DNA from: Balanoglossus misakiensis
Lineage: Eukaryota > Animalia > Hemichordata
Assembly (NCBI GenBank): GCA_040954595.2
Contig: CM082587.2
Span: forward strand, 2,385,000-2,448,999
DNA: 64,000 nt
Direction of reading: 5' to 3'
The notes beneath the pieces are model-generated. The model was not told where the DNA came from. It saw only the letters and a program-made list of their open reading frames with translations, and did no database searches. Made by a program: the position numbers and the translations under genes. Below, piece after piece: positions 28,501 through 44,000 of the stretch. Numbering within the stretch: the stretch's first letter is position 1; the number at the start of each line of letters is the position of its first letter.

Positions 28501-31500
28501 CTAGTCTAAGCATAAATATTCCAACATTCGTTCCCAATTTGACTTTTTTATCCATCAAAAAACTTACTTGACCGAATACCAGAGTCATAAAATGTAAGAG
28601 AAGTGTAAAGTCATAATTGTAGAATAAAAAATATTGGAGAACAGGTGATGAGAAGTTGAAATTTTGGAAATTTGAATTTTTTTTTCAATTCTCAAGCCTT
28701 GTGGCTTTAGTACCAGTAACCATATTTTAAACGGCATCTTTCGTTTCGTCTGAGCGATGGTTTCTTTCTTGTGGTGTATATTTACATGGGTTATATCGGA
28801 TTTCATTCTCACATGGACCAGAATATATTACTCAAAGCATATCTCACTTACATGTTTGCTACAGTAACTACTCATATTGCGGGGGGAAAAACTGCTGAAA
28901 ACCCATTCCTGTTTTATTTTACATTTTACCTGTTACAAAAGTACTACATCGAAAATGTTAGCCAGAAATTTGTGTGTATGTTTTCATTAATTTTTATCAT
29001 CATGAAATAAAAAAAGATTATATACTCCCGGACTGAAATTATCCAAAATTAACAAAAAAGTCAATAGTCATTTTGTGATTTTGGTACAGAATGGACATTT
29101 TCCATTAATAGAATTATCCTTCATCAAAATAAAATCACTGATTGAACAGAAAGTTTCATTAATCGTGAAACAAGGGACAACAATAACAGAGGAAGCGCGG
29201 AGAATTGGGCTAACTTTGAATTGAAAATTGCTGCCGGCGATGAAAGGGCTACACACTTAGATATGCAAATCAGCCATTCAGTGAATAGACGCTTGATGTT
29301 AGGTTGAGAAAATCCCTGTCAATAGGGTTAGAACATAACTGTCGGCATTAAAAAAAACTGCTCAATGCTCCGTGTGTCTCATGCGTTGATTTTACTTTTT
29401 AAGCAAGCTTAAGACACGATGATGGCCGTCGTGCTCTCGGTTAAAACAGTGTTAATGGGGGCAGCGACCATTGATTTTAATAGATAGATTAAAAGAGCCG
29501 GCAGTGCCTGGTTCATTGTGAAGATGATGGACAGAAGTGTCAAAGTTGACCTAAAACTATCTCTTGCTTGTCAGCTAACACATCTTGACATGCTAAACCT
29601 CCTAGCAGATGTGATTATGCTCTAGACTTCACACACCCCCAGGTAACAATACGACGGCATCAGTAAGTAACTCGATCGACACTAAACTTCAACCATCCCG
29701 CTCTCTCAGCAGAAAATTCCCATTCAAGGAATATTGCCTTGTATTTAGCCACCACCTTGTGAAATTTTCAATTTTAAAAAACATAAAGGTCAAATATCAA
29801 GTAATATCGCCTTCCAGTAAGTGGGAGATATTCTTTGAAATCTTCCCCGAACGTTAATATTTAGGACTCCGGAAGAGGTATATTAGATTTATTGACCTGT
29901 GATTATTATGGGATGGTTCAATGCAAACCCTGTTTGTTAAACAGTACAAGTAGAATATTAGATGAATGCCTTATAGTCAATATATAATCAATATATCCCC
30001 CAGTTTTGCGATATTACCCGCAATGTATCAAAGAGTTAGTAATATCGCCTCTAGTCATTTCAAAAGTATGCATGTACATTATGCAAAAATAAACACGTCA
30101 AGACTTCTACCACACCAAACTTTCAAATAACGTCTCCTGGTATAATTTTTTCTACTAATTCATTGAAATGCAAATCAATTATACCGTCCTGCATACTTAA
30201 ATACATGTATGTTGAGTTAAAGATCATTCAAACCTGGCGCCCACACACCCTGCTTGCAAGCGACATAATAGGGCGATTACACCAGCGATGCATTTTTAAC
30301 ATAACCTGAGATATGTCACATGTCACTTTAATTACAATGCAGGGTGGGCATTAGTTTTGACGATCAACATTTCAGCACGTTTTTTTTTTCTCGGCAGATC
30401 TGACGTGAGTAAGTGCACGACAGAATGGCCACAAGGTGACGGGTTTGATCGGTCTCTTTGGGGTCGCGAGGGCAGCAATGTTGATTTTTACTTATTCGGA
30501 TTTCACCGTCGAATTGGTCCGCATTCAGGACAGCCTGATGATGGCAAATTTCATTCATAATCCCTCCCGTGTTATAACAGGCAGTGATTCAGTGGTGAAA
30601 TTCTAACCTTTAGCAAGACTACGGATAGGATTCAAGCACTGCGGCTATTGGCTTTCAGATCCGACACATAAATAACGAAAATGGTTTCTCATATTGACGT
30701 GTGATGGATTGGAGGAGTTGATCTCGCTCAATAAATCTCGAGACATTTGTTCCCCTCCCTGTCCGCACTCCAACTGTGGACGTTACCCTCAGCTATGTAA
30801 CGCCGGATAATTTGAATCCAGACTCACCTCGCGTGCATGTTATAGTCAACTTTCTTTTCAGTCGATAAACGGCAGAGCGGGATCATCATCAGAACCTGTG
30901 TCTTTTCTGTGCTCTTCACCGACGTGACTAAATTGTAGCTCATTAGACGACAAAGACGCGCGATATTGCATTCTGACGATTATGGGATGGATTTTGCCAT
31001 TCCAAAGATCTTCTAGTAATTGGAAGAGAGAAATTGCGCTGAGATTTAAACTGCAAAAGAAAGTGCATAATGCTCTGCCTCTTTTGACACTGTTCAGATG
31101 ATCTTAACAAAATGAAAACCATCTTCAACTTTTTGATTATTCTGATATCTGGATATTGGAATTTCAGATGTGAATGTGATTTTCCATGATTTGGACAATG
31201 ACACCTCTCCCCTGCCAAATATATATTTTTCTTAATTTTACAAGAAATCTAAAAGTGCGAGCTGAAGTGTGAGATTTTCATTCTGAGGCACAGACGTATA
31301 TCAATATGACAGATTCACAAATGTGGGAAATGAGTTATTGATCTGAAGTCTGATCCAAATACATGTGACTGAACATGACCAATCGTTATACGCCTTTGTC
31401 GGCAGACAATACCAACAGTTGATCAGTTGGCTACAACTTCTGTCAAAACATTTACCATTTTAATTATTTAAGACTGTGGTAGGACTGAGTGAACAGACGT

Positions 31501-34500
31501 ATTGAATGTTTGCACTCGAGAAAAGCTGGCCACCAGTTACATCTCACACCCAGGTTTTATGTAAAGGTCATAGCAATTGATTCACACCAGCTAAATTATT
31601 TTATTTTCATTTTCTATTGTTTACTATACAAAGATGATTTCGACAACCAATATTTTACCATTTTTTCATTAAAATTTTCCCAGACTGGAATAATGATATG
31701 GAATCAATTCTTTGCTGTCATATGGTGTCTGGATTACTTGCGTATAAGATACCCCTATTTTGGACTCATAGTGCTTTGGTTCAGATATCAAAATTGACTG
31801 GACTGAATTCTGAGTAAAAGTCAAGTGAATTTTGAGAAAGATAGGGAGTGGACATTTTAAAATCTGACTCACGTTGCATCAATTGAGGATGAGTACTGAG
31901 AAATATTAAGCAATATTGCCTCTTGCAATAATTATGCCAGGTTTTTCTTCATTTCGCCTGCACCTTCAACTGTGATACGGTACACTGGAATTATGGGTAG
32001 CTATAAAACATACGCTCATGCAGGCATGAAGTGATGAAAGGGGCCGGTGTATTTTCCTCTTTTTCGACACAGGAATGGGTCTGAATTATTGAAGAGGCCT
32101 ACAGCTGCACCCCCTTTAGTTTGGTGAATTCTGTTGGCATCACATCCACCTGCTGGCCAAAATTTGCGATTACCATTTCTCCCTCCAGAGATAGGCTGAA
32201 TAGAATTATGATATGATATGCCAGTTGTACCACTGTTTACTTTGACTGTTGACATTACTTACATAACATTATCTTTATACCAACACTTTTGTAACTGTAA
32301 CTATTGATAATTTTAGATCATAACAGAATTTTTTTTCCATGTTACAATTTCATATTTCAATATTTACAATTATATTTTAAACTATATTCGACATAGTTTC
32401 TAAATTCTATATTGAAAATATAAGTTTAAAAGTTTCATTTCTTTCTTAATGTCCCATTTTCCGGGTTTGTGATCCACCACAATGCTAAGTAAACACAAAG
32501 TGGTTCCTAGCATATTTTTGCATTAGTTGTCATTTTAATTAAGTCTTCACTCACGCTCTTTCCTCCAATTTTGCAATTAATATATTTTGTTCTGGTCTTT
32601 AATCTATGAGAGATTTCCTGTGAGCCAACTCATGTGCGGGATATCGAGTAACAAGATCAATGGGCCCACCACTTCTCTGAATCCAAATCTATATCATATT
32701 TTGTATAATCCATAAGTCTAATTTTTTCAGTGTACACAACCAACCCTGTTGCTTCAGGCGACTCCCGTTTGCATCAATACCTGGCAAAGTGAGAACTAAA
32801 TTAAAATTGGCCAGTAGAATTATTGCTCTATAGTGCCACATGAATTGTCCTTTACAAAAATTTTCCCATAAGGCAAACAGTTATCTTTGGTTACAGTGTG
32901 TATTCCTTATTCCACCACAGGCAGTTTTCTTATTACATTACGGCTACCCCTAAAAGTAATATTCTGGAATAAGTATTGAAATAAGGTATTGTTCGCAGCA
33001 TACATCAGGAGTCTTCGATGTGTGGCTGACGTCTTTTCGTTCAAATTTGACGATATTGATAATTCTGCCGGGGTTGACAAAAAGCATATTTTGCGAACAA
33101 AACTGATGGCTCTGTATAACAGAGGACAGTTTATTCATGGACGTTTCCCCCCATGGGAATATTGAATGAACGCTGCAGCAGTTTACCCGCTCAAACAAAA
33201 ATCTTTAGATCAGTTTTTTCCCTTTAATGGAGTCGCTGTGAAATGATAATTAATTAATTCAAAATCTTTTCAGGTTGTGTTGCATTTCCAGAGTATGGAA
33301 ACACCAAACCTGGAGCCAAACTTGACAAACAGAAAGCTTTTTTTTTTCCGTCTACATCATTTTTGATGAAAGTGTGTATTAACTTGTTATCAATGTCGAC
33401 TTTATTTTTTACTTCAGCAATTGATAACCTGTTGATGGCCACCCTGATCACCCCGTTTTGCAGTGGTACGACTTCTCTGGCAAGTGGAACAGTCCACTGG
33501 ATGAAAATGTCAGCATAAAGTGATGCTGAAAACCTTGGAAACCTGTGTTGATCTTCGTGCGATATATTTGAACTTTACAGTTTCACTGCTTAACAACAGC
33601 TTAGTAACCCTTGAAAACCTATTCTGTGCCTTGGTTTCAAGGATAGTTTAGAACAGAAGATGGAATTAGCAATGAAGTGTACACACCATTCACTTGGCTA
33701 TATCACGTACGCTTTATTCAGCGTAGCATGGATTTATTCCAATTTCCCCCCTCCCCCTCCCAACCAAACATGCAACCATCATCACACACGTGTGCTGGTG
33801 TTTGGGTGAGGGGCCCCTTTGTGTGCTTGGAATACCCCTGATGAATTTTCAAGAGTCCGGGCCTTTCAGAGTTGTGCAGGCACCAGTCAAGCTGAAGAAA
33901 TTTGCTTTCCCAAGTTGTTCAGAAGTGGTGCATTGTGGGATAGTATGCACATGCACTGAGAATTTCTTCATGACAACATGTGCCATAGTGAAACTTGACT
34001 GTGAAAAACACAGATTCCAGTTTGACATTTGGCAAAATCAAGAAAAAATCCCTTGATTTGTTTTAAATTGTTGTGCTATATTTTGCTGACAATGTTTGTT
34101 TTCAAAACGGTTTCGAAAAAAAATCTGTCAGCTAAGGAGAAACAGGTAATATTTCAAGAAAATATTTGAGTATATAGTTACCTTTACAATAATACAAACT
34201 GCTCTTTTTGTGGATTAGGACATGTAAGAACTTGGGAACATTTCCCCAGTGTTTACAGTAAATACTCCGGCTATTGTCAACAAATTGTTTGGATTCCAGA
34301 GGTATCCAATGTCCGTGATTGTGAGAGCGTACAACCTTCAACATGTACCGGGAAACACAACACACAAAAGTCAACAACAATCCACAAATGTACACAAAAC
34401 TCCACAAACAAATCAACAACTCCAAAACAAAAACGATCCCACTGTAACGTTTCGCAATCTCATTTGTTACTGTATGATTTCAATGCATCGCACGATAATC

Positions 34501-37500
34501 GTCTGTTTAAGTTTGAAAAGTAAAGAATTTTTTTTTCACATTTGATGAATTTGAAACACTTTACTTTGTAAAGTAATATCTGAATGGGTTTGCAGAGAGC
34601 AAAGCTAGACCAAACAATCTGCTGGCTAACTATTTTGAAGGAGACGTGAATTTTGAGACAAAATGCATTAAAAATAGTGGCGATATTTAGCTAGTGTTAT
34701 TTGCAATGCTGAATTTTTTATTGCGGCAAATGCACGTACTTAGAGCAGGTCAGTTAAGGTTTGGTGCTGGACCATTCAATTGTTTGACTAATGCAAGCTG
34801 CATGAATAGCTTGCAGCAACCCATGTTTTACCAGTGCTCTGCACAGCTCAGTCTGGCGACGGAGAAATCTCCGCGCGGTGTGGGGAAGCCATCTTTCTTG
34901 CAGCACGCATGCAGATCAGCCCGACTTCAATGATGAATACATGTACGTTTTTTTTATGTTCCGTAAGATTTAAATATCCCGGTGGTTGGGATGCGCGGGG
35001 TGATCGCGGCAACCCCTCAAAGAGAAAATAGTTGTGAGGCGGAGTTCGAGTCGTGGCGACCACGCAGAACAACAGGTGGATGGAATTAACAAGAAGAGTG
35101 GTTTTTACTGTGTGTATCACCCAGGTGCTGAGAGGCATACCAATGTTACACCCTGCCACACAGCTAACTCACTATGTGCACACGAACAAGAGAACAACTC
35201 CAGTCTACTGCGATCTTACTCTCCAAATATCAAATTCTTCACAGCGGTGACAATGACAACAGCAACTGGAATTCGGGAACACCTGGCCCTCTGTTTCTCC
35301 AAATTCCTTCTTGAATTCCGAGAGCATATGGGAATCACTGGACATTGGCACCCATGGGGTATTTTTCACAAAAATTTATATGGCAAAGCTGCTCATCTAT
35401 TATGGCATCTTTAAACTGATGATGATGATACGAAAATAGACAAGGCAGCCACATCATCATAAATTCTTTTCAAGTTATGGAAACCAAAGACGTAACATTA
35501 CCATGAAAGGGGCAAAGACTGCCTCTGAAAGGTACACAGTCTGTATACCTAACCTGAACTGTAAACAAAGTGTACTGGACCGTATCGGGAAGAAGAAATA
35601 TTTGAATTTGGAACTGACCTGACCTTTACACACATCAAACCATCCCGAGCCGCCCCATACAGAAACTCCATCATAAATTACTCAGCCTTGCAAAAACAAA
35701 TAAACAGTTTATAGAAAAATGTAGTTTCAAGTGGACAATGGTAGGGGTTGCAATTGATGGCAATGAAAGAAATCTCAGTCTCCTTAAACTTTGAAACAAG
35801 AAACAAAATTCGATGCTTAGCAACTAAAGTGGTCATAGAGACTGGAAGAAAATAATTTTGTTGTCATTGTTGTCATGGTTTTGTTTTGTTTGTTGGGGGA
35901 GGGGAAATGTTTACAAGTCTCATTTAAATATATTTGCCTTGGGTGGGTTACTTCCAAACTTCTTTGAAACAAATCAAAAGTTTGAAAAGTTTAATACTGA
36001 GTGTATTTACAATCAGTAGAACCTTTGCAGTGATCAAAAGGGCCACAGAACATCTGCGACTTTTCTTCTTCAGCAAGGAAGAAAAATAAAACGTCCCCAG
36101 GGACTACTAATTCTCCAGACTTCACCCCATCATCATGTCAACGATGTATTCTGAGACTGAAAACGTCTCCAAAACAACAACACTAACACACTATCGTTTG
36201 TGTGGTACTTCTTTCATCGGTGACTGATAGTAACAGCTATAGTCTGCCCACTGACACACCGCCGTCATAGCTGTAAGCAAAGAATACAGATTAGGTTTCT
36301 CCTGCACCAGTTGTCTTCATTAATTTTCCGATCCCCCGAAAAAAAAAATCGTGGCAGGCCTCGGACCAATTTGTTTCTCCCTAACGCCTTGTCAAAACAG
36401 ATCACCCGGCCACTTTGCGGGAAAGTGAAATACCATCAGGGCTCCTCAAAATACCCAAGGACACTGAATGTCTGTCAGTCCTTAAAAGTTCAACCACCAA
36501 TAAGTGTCTTCCTTCAGGGACCACCTTGCTGATAGTTTTTCCTCTCTTTCTCTCGCAGTGTGTGGTATCATTTGTCCCGACCAAAAACAACAAAAACAAA
36601 CACCAAAACAAAAAGAGACTTGTGCAGCACCTGGGACATATTATTTTTTTTCTTGGTGACATAAGTAAAAGGGTACACCACTTAACAGTCAAAATATTTC
36701 TTTTCATTTTACACCAAAAGTGAGAATTACACAACACGAGAATTAAAGTCCTGCGACTTGTCAAATCTTGGCAACAAAACACCACAAAAAAGCCCACCGC
36801 AGTTTAGAGTCAAGGAATAGTTTGGTATCTTCAGCTGATGCGGTACTGCCTCTGTGATCACAATCACCCAGTAATCCAAGCTCTAAATATTTGATCTGCG
36901 TGTGTCTTATAGTATTCAGGTGCTGGTCTCCCACCGCGGAAACCGTAAAAAGAGTCACCCACAAGCAGGTCACATAAAACCAAGATAAAAACAGCTTTAG
37001 TTCCCTTTATTAACTTACACTGGGTACAGTGATGGTTACGGGTGTACGTATTTTCTGTTTGAGACCGTGAAGGGGTACGTATCGTTTTTCTGTTGCCGGT
37101 CAATCTCGCTGTTGAAGTGGGGCTTTGACAGTGTAACTTTTTATGTAACAGTCATGTTCGGTTTGATAGCCGCTTATCTTGAAATAGACCTACTGATAAG
37201 CATAAACTATTTTCTTAACTATTCTCTCTCTGTTTACAAATAAACCACACGCCTGGTGCAAAAGCTGACCAAAATAACTGGTAGGGAACGTAATTATGTC
37301 CGGACTATGGATGACCTGCTGGTTCGGACCAAAGTCATGCAGGTGAATTGAATATAAGATTAAAAACTTTTTTAATTTTCATGGTTCTTGATACAAACTT
37401 TGCATTTTAATGCAAGAAAAATTGAAAAACTTTGTTCTTTACTCATAAATCTCACCACATTTGAATAAGAAAATCATGTCATTATGAAAGTGCAAATAAG

Positions 37501-38016
37501 CTTACTGTTTTCTGTATCTTTTTTCACGTGTATTATTTTTGGAGACAACATATATTGGCTGTCATACTTAGGGTGTTAATGTGACAGTAACAGCTGTGTT
37601 GAGGATCTGAAACCCCCACAGCCTTATATTGAAAACCACGATCCTGGCTGTTATAACTGTCAGGTTAAGGGATTTAAAGTTTTTTACAGGCCCCCATTTC
37701 AGTCGGAATTGTTTTATTTCGTTTCGTGACTAAATAGCTTTATGATAGGATCGGCTGTCTCTAGCAGATGTAAGAGAGAGCTGTGGCTTAATTGTGTTAT
37801 TATCTCCGCCAAGTATATGAACTGCAGAAATTATGGACCCTTCTGAGCCGTCACAACCATATGGACGTGTCACAGGACAGGCGAGGTATATTACGGTCTT
37901 GTCGACTGACTTTCACAGGATGTGCTATATCAAGCTGGGAATCTGGTTCATAATTTCTGCTGCAAGTCTTCAAATCACACATGTGATAAATGAAAAAACG
38001 TGAGAATAATACATCT

Positions 38017-38062
38017 TTTTAAAGCCTGTTTTTGACAATTTTTAAAGTCTGTTTTTGACAAT
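38017..38062. repeat. 23-bp direct tandem duplication
   Basis: TTTTAAAGCCTGTTTTTGACAAT followed by TTTTAAAGTCTGTTTTTGACAAT. Confidence 0.85.
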
Positions 38063-41000
38063 TTTCGAATTGAATTTTAGCACCTGTACATGAGAGCCTT
38101 TCTCACTGCGTGCACGGGATTGAAAAACTTTGACCGTGACATCTCGTAAATGTAGGTGACTGTGAGTATTGACACGGTGTATTTTCACTTCACAGAGCAA
38201 TACATCATCAGAGGCCGGCTTGAACTCTTCACAGCCAGGTGTTGCAACTCTGTTCTTTGGATTCAGATGTTTTTGGGAAAGCAATGATATCGCCTTTCAG
38301 CATGCCAAAATCTCAACACTGTACAGGTTTTTTTTACAACAGCAATTTCTGAATAAAAGTCTTCGGATTTCTGGAGCGGATTTGTATTGTGGGCAAATTA
38401 ATTACACAGATGGAATCAAGTTTCTGGTTATGACATCGATAAGACCACACTGTTTTCATTCACAGCACACGCAATAAAACATGTGAAAAGGATTTTAGTA
38501 AAAATGAAGAAAAATATCAAACTTTATGGCATCATTTTACAATGGCTGTGGCTATTAATGTATGTGATGTGAACACAAATGTTTGGGTGATACTTTGATT
38601 TTTTTTAAAACTGTGATAACTCATATTTTGATTTTTATCCGTGATGAATCAGAAATATCTGCTAATTTTAGGTGCTAAGAGTTGACTTTTTCCACTGAAA
38701 ACGTTCGTGGACAAAATATATGAGAGCTGCATGGTAATTAGGCTTCTAACCACATGTTGGGTTGTGTAAAACGGACCACGGGAATCGCAAAAAGGTTGCG
38801 TGTGCACTCAACATCCTACCTGACAACAGCAAACCTAGGCATGAATTTAGTGTAAAAAACACTTGTACGTGTTAAGATAAATGATTTATACTACGTGCGG
38901 GAGGTTCTAGCACTCTTCAAAACTAAATGATGACAGCTCAGGTTATGGTAAGATAAACAAAACCACATGTGCGTCTCTGCAGTTGTAGTAAAAGCTGAAG
39001 AACTCTCGTAGGCTGTAATCCGCTTACAATAGAACGGATCGGGTAATACCTTGGCTGAAAGGAGCGTCATCATCAGGTTTACGACTGCTCAGACACATTC
39101 ACACAGTTTTATCAACGCACTGGGCACGAGACTTGCTCCGCACGGAAGTTTATTACGAACATTTAAGACACCCAGCCCGGTAGTTCACTCGGGCGGATGA
39201 CCAGAAACAACAGAAATGTAGAAATTGAGTCAGGAATTTAGTGCCGGTTTCTTGGGGTTGTTTTGTCATGTAAGAATCCCCGTAATAATTTAAGCTCATA
39301 ATTCTGATGGGAAAAAACTCCCCTTCCAAAGCAGTGTTACTAGAGCGTTAAGCAGTTTTACAACGGGCTTTACAGACATGCATTCATGCAGTTAATTTCA
39401 ACGGGCAGATTGCACACCACCATGCTAGGAGTTATCTTCTAAGACCTGGGTGTCTCCACTGGTTCGGGACTATATTTCCAACACCCGCTTTGATTTCAGC
39501 AAAATAATACACACCACAGATAACCAAGACCCTTTTGCAGCTGTATACTGTACAGTAAAGTTGGTGGAAATGACTTTCGGACAAAAAGAGCACATGCAAG
39601 TTATTACACGTATCTCTGTTATGCCTTTCAAATGGAGTTTTAATAATCCAATTTACCCTGTGTTGCACTGTATCAAAATTTCTCTGAACTTGATTTTAAA
39701 TATCAAAATACCGTCCAATCTCCTGTCTGTAAGTGTGGCTGCAGACAAAATCACAGATAATACCCCCGAAAATAAGCATTTAATGTTTTGGAATAAGGCA
39801 AGATCCAGGCTCTGCGCTGAAGCGTCTTTTTATTACTTCTGGTTCGGTGCTCTGGATAAAGACTAGAAATTGACTACAATTGTTTTCCTGTCTCCGATGA
39901 CATCCAAGCGGCCGAATAGAACTGACAGCCAAACTATGAATAACCCAATCTTGCAGTAAGCGTCTTAACCCGACTGCTGCCACTGTGCCTTTACAAATCA
40001 AATTATTCTGATGAATTTCTTTTTTCGCCGTTCCTGAGACTATCTGCGTTAAAATAACAACTATGAATGCCAAAGGTATTCAATGAAGATTGCAGGAATT
40101 TCGTGGAAATGTCAGGAATAAAAAAGGCATGAAAGTGATCTGGCTGTGAGGGACATCAGTAAAACTGCACTGTATTGGAGATACAGAAGACATGAAATAC
40201 GGCAGGAATCAATCACAGACTATTAAAGAACTAAGATCCAATACTGTGGGTGCTTCCTATCTTCTCTCTAAATCAACACCATCTTTACTGACAGCAAAAT
40301 GACAGAAAACTGCTTTGAAGGTGAACTTTAGCCCATTAAAGGCACACACACACAAAAAACTGAAAAAGGACTCGTCATCAGGTGTAAAATAAACCACAAC
40401 TTGTGCAGTGGGATTTCTCAAGGGAGCGCTTTGCACTTAGTGTACCTTACATTTCAGTTTGTTGACAATATGCGAGAATTTATTCAAACTAATAGCCATA
40501 TATACATTCAAAAGTCAGAGAAAAGCTGCAGGATTTCAATTATCTCAGGCGCTATTGGCTCCCTGTTAGCACATGGGTGAGAAAACCAGTATGGACAGAA
40601 CTTTCTCTGGGTCTACAAAGAAAACAGACCCGTACACTGGTACATGACTGTCAATCACAGGACATCGTAAAAATCCTAACACACGATAAACTTGTCACTG
40701 AGGTTTTTAGCTCATCATTTATGATTACTGAAAGTTAAGTTACTCTTGGCAATGAAATAACTTGCTCTCTGAAATATGCTCCCTGGTTTTAGAATCTAAA
40801 AAGTTATATTAAAACTGTCAATTTCACCTCTATCATACAAAACCCTCCTCATGTTTTATCACTGATATCTCAAATTCATTCTCCATCATAGAGAGCAGAT
40901 ATTTCAGTTATAACCACAAAAAATATCTTGCAGTACTGAAGTACTGCATCAATACAATATTTCACCCAAAAATGCCATATTTCCTCTAGATATTTAAACA

Positions 41001-44000
41001 AAGCATCTTCTGTGCCATTATTAGGATAAACACGATTATTTCCTCTTTTTTCAAAACTGAACTGACAGTAATTTGCACTCTGCCTGGCAATAACGATAAC
41101 TGATGATTGCCCATTATTAAAAAAAATTATTTTGAGAAAGAAAAGTGCTTTTGTCAGCGTCTCATGTTCTCGACTGCTGTTTCTTTGACCGGCAATTACT
41201 GTCCACAACTTTGATTTGACCGGGCGACAATAAGCCAACACCTACGAGACAATGTTGCATCCAGTAAAAGGCACAGAAAGGAACATAATTACAGAACTGT
41301 CAAAACACGGGCACTATAGATGCCACCCGCTACTTCTGATTTTCACATAATTGCGACTGTTTGAACTGTAAGAAACTCAGGCCCACATCGGGGTAGAAAT
41401 AACAGAGAGCACACAAGCCAATTGTTTATTTTATTGGCCCAAATTGTGATTTTTAGTGATATTTATGCGCCGATATTGACATTTCCAGAAAATATTTATC
41501 TAGTGATCAATATGACACACAACTATGACAGAGTGATTTGGTTTATTCATAAAATACGCCAGCATTTTCCGATAATGTCGATGCGGCCTTCATAGCGATC
41601 ACAGCAGCTGCTGAACAGTGAGAAAGCCAGAGAGCTTATTTTCCAATTAAACTCGACAGGTGTGAGTTTTGACAAGTTATGATTGACAAGTCAGAATAAA
41701 TTCAAAAAGTCTGCCACAGATAAAATACTTTCTCTCTGTGTCTGTTCAGAGAGGAGAGAGCAGTACGGATATTTACGCTACTTTTATTCACGTTACGTGC
41801 ACGAAGTCAACAGCTAGTGCGAGACAGGCTGAGACTTTTCCATTTTTACCAGCGTGCGTTAAAATTAAGAATTTATTCGTGCCCAATCTGTGGAACTCAC
41901 ACTTTTTTGTTGTAACATCCTTCAAAGGGATGCCGAATGTCAAAAAAAAAGGGAACCTGACGAATTGAGACACTCAAGAACCCGCAAGACAGAGTCGCTC
42001 AGGGTCAACTTTTGGTGGAAAAGAGCACGGCTTTATGTATGCACTGATGACCATACCGACTCGGTGGCAAAGGATCGCAAAATCTGCGGACAAATTTGGG
42101 TTTTGTGCCATTCTTTCTGCTCCACTGGTTCGCGAGAATAACGGCGAGGTGAGGCACAATGGACAAACGTGAGAGAAAGGACCCGGTGTGACAGAAATTT
42201 ACTGTCAGTAGCACACCTCTAAAAAACTTTACAATGTGAAACTCTGAAAGCCTTGCAAATCACACACTGTTTCATGAGCTACGATCACTACAGCGTTGTT
42301 CTCAGTTGTCACTTTCCGTTTTCAGAAGGCGTCGGCCAAAATCTCGCTGTCACTCGCTAGTAACAGTGTTTATTAAATTTTCTTAGCTGGGGATGTCTGT
42401 CGTAGCTGCTCGGGATATGAATTGCGTGTCGCGCAAATCATTATCTCTAATTAAATTGGTTAACATGGTAAATCAGGGAGCAGTCTTGACAAGCTTTGTG
42501 GCGAGTATGTCCCCTTGTTCAGCATGCTGTGAAAGACATCACCCTGAGAATGTACACCGTGGTACATTGATGAACTACTTCTCTAATATTTGATATTTTC
42601 TGATGTTTAAGCCAGCACCATGCTGGCAATTTTAAAAAGCCGGGGTTAGAATTTTTTATTAATTATCGCCAGGAACTATCCGAGATCAACCCATTCTACC
42701 CGGGCCTAAAACTCTCTCTTTAACAGGATAGCTTTAAATAGGGGCTCTGTGTAACATATCACAAACAACCAAAACAGTTTTTGTTGGCTGATTTAATCTG
42801 TGGTCCTGCACTGACAATGGGAAGTGGTAGGAATGAATGGATTTGTTGGCGCTGGTAAGACGCGCTGAATGCTTTGAAAACACTTTTGTTCTTGAAGGAG
42901 GACAACTAAACAAACAGGCTACATTGAAAGCAAAGCCCGACCGACATGCTAGAGTACTCCAACATTCCCATAGCAGAGTTTACATAGGAGCTCTCCGACT
43001 TGATACTTTTCCATCTTTCATGGCGATTTCAACCTCAATGGGAATATTTACAGACGAAACATAAAAAATTGACAAGGGGAATTTCTGACAGCCCGGGCCT
43101 CTTGTCAAGACTTTCCAGGCTTCTAGTATGAAGGGGAGAATAAACATCACAGGTTGTCAAAGCATTAGCAGACCAGACAAGTAGATTTTTGCAGCAGTAT
43201 CAAAACAGCAAATAAAACCTTGGAGTACAAACCATTAAAAAGGCCAAAAATGTTAATTTTTCTCTTCAACGTTAAAAATCAGACTCTCATACAAAAAAAA
43301 CCTCAAAAATCAACCTGCTGCAGGCTTGACAAAAAAATCTCAGAGCTTTTAAAGATTATCGCTAAAATGTTTATTTTTTAAATTAAGAAATCCAGAGGAA
43401 AGGCTTTAATTTAATATTTTAGGAAATATTTTGATTTAATGACATTAGGACCTTGACTTGGAATACAATTATTCACAGGTACAATACCATGCATGATTGA
43501 TATTAATGCAATAACTGGGTGTTCAGACTCTCAGAGCGAACAAGAAATCACGACCTAATAAACTAATTTCTGTAGATGAAATCAAATAATTTAGATGCAA
43601 TCATTTTCTTAATTATAAATCCCTATTCCACTGCAGAAAATAACAGAAACACGGAATGTAGAATTTTTGTGATATAATCTTGAATTCGACATCGCGTTTC
43701 ACAAGGTGTCATAATGTCACCAAAGAGTAAAGGGATGCTGGAAAGCATATGTTTTCATCAAAGGTTGGAATTGCTGGGGCTTTTTTTGATAAAAATTGTC
43801 CTGAAAAATATATTGCTTTTTTCTCCCTTGGGTCTTTAGTCTAATAGTTTTCTCCACAAATATTGGAAGTGAAACAATTTGTGGCCATACAGCTAATCAA
43901 TGTTATTACAGCAGTTATAAAATACTACCCACCAATGTCTACATGTGTTAAATACGAGCTACGCCAAATGCAATTGTTCTCTAGGGGGTAGGGGACATGT

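Noticed and set aside
32141-32159. Reverse CTCF-like site TGGCCAGCAGGTGGATGTG in the intron
   Set aside because: It mismatches the highly conserved C of GGC and the 3' flank, so it is too weak to call without ChIP data.
377-43064. Numerous 60-146 aa ORFs in the supplied track within the Lmx intron
   Set aside because: No recognisable domains, many TTG/GTG starts, composition typical of translated non-coding AT-rich DNA, and no consistent exon chain.
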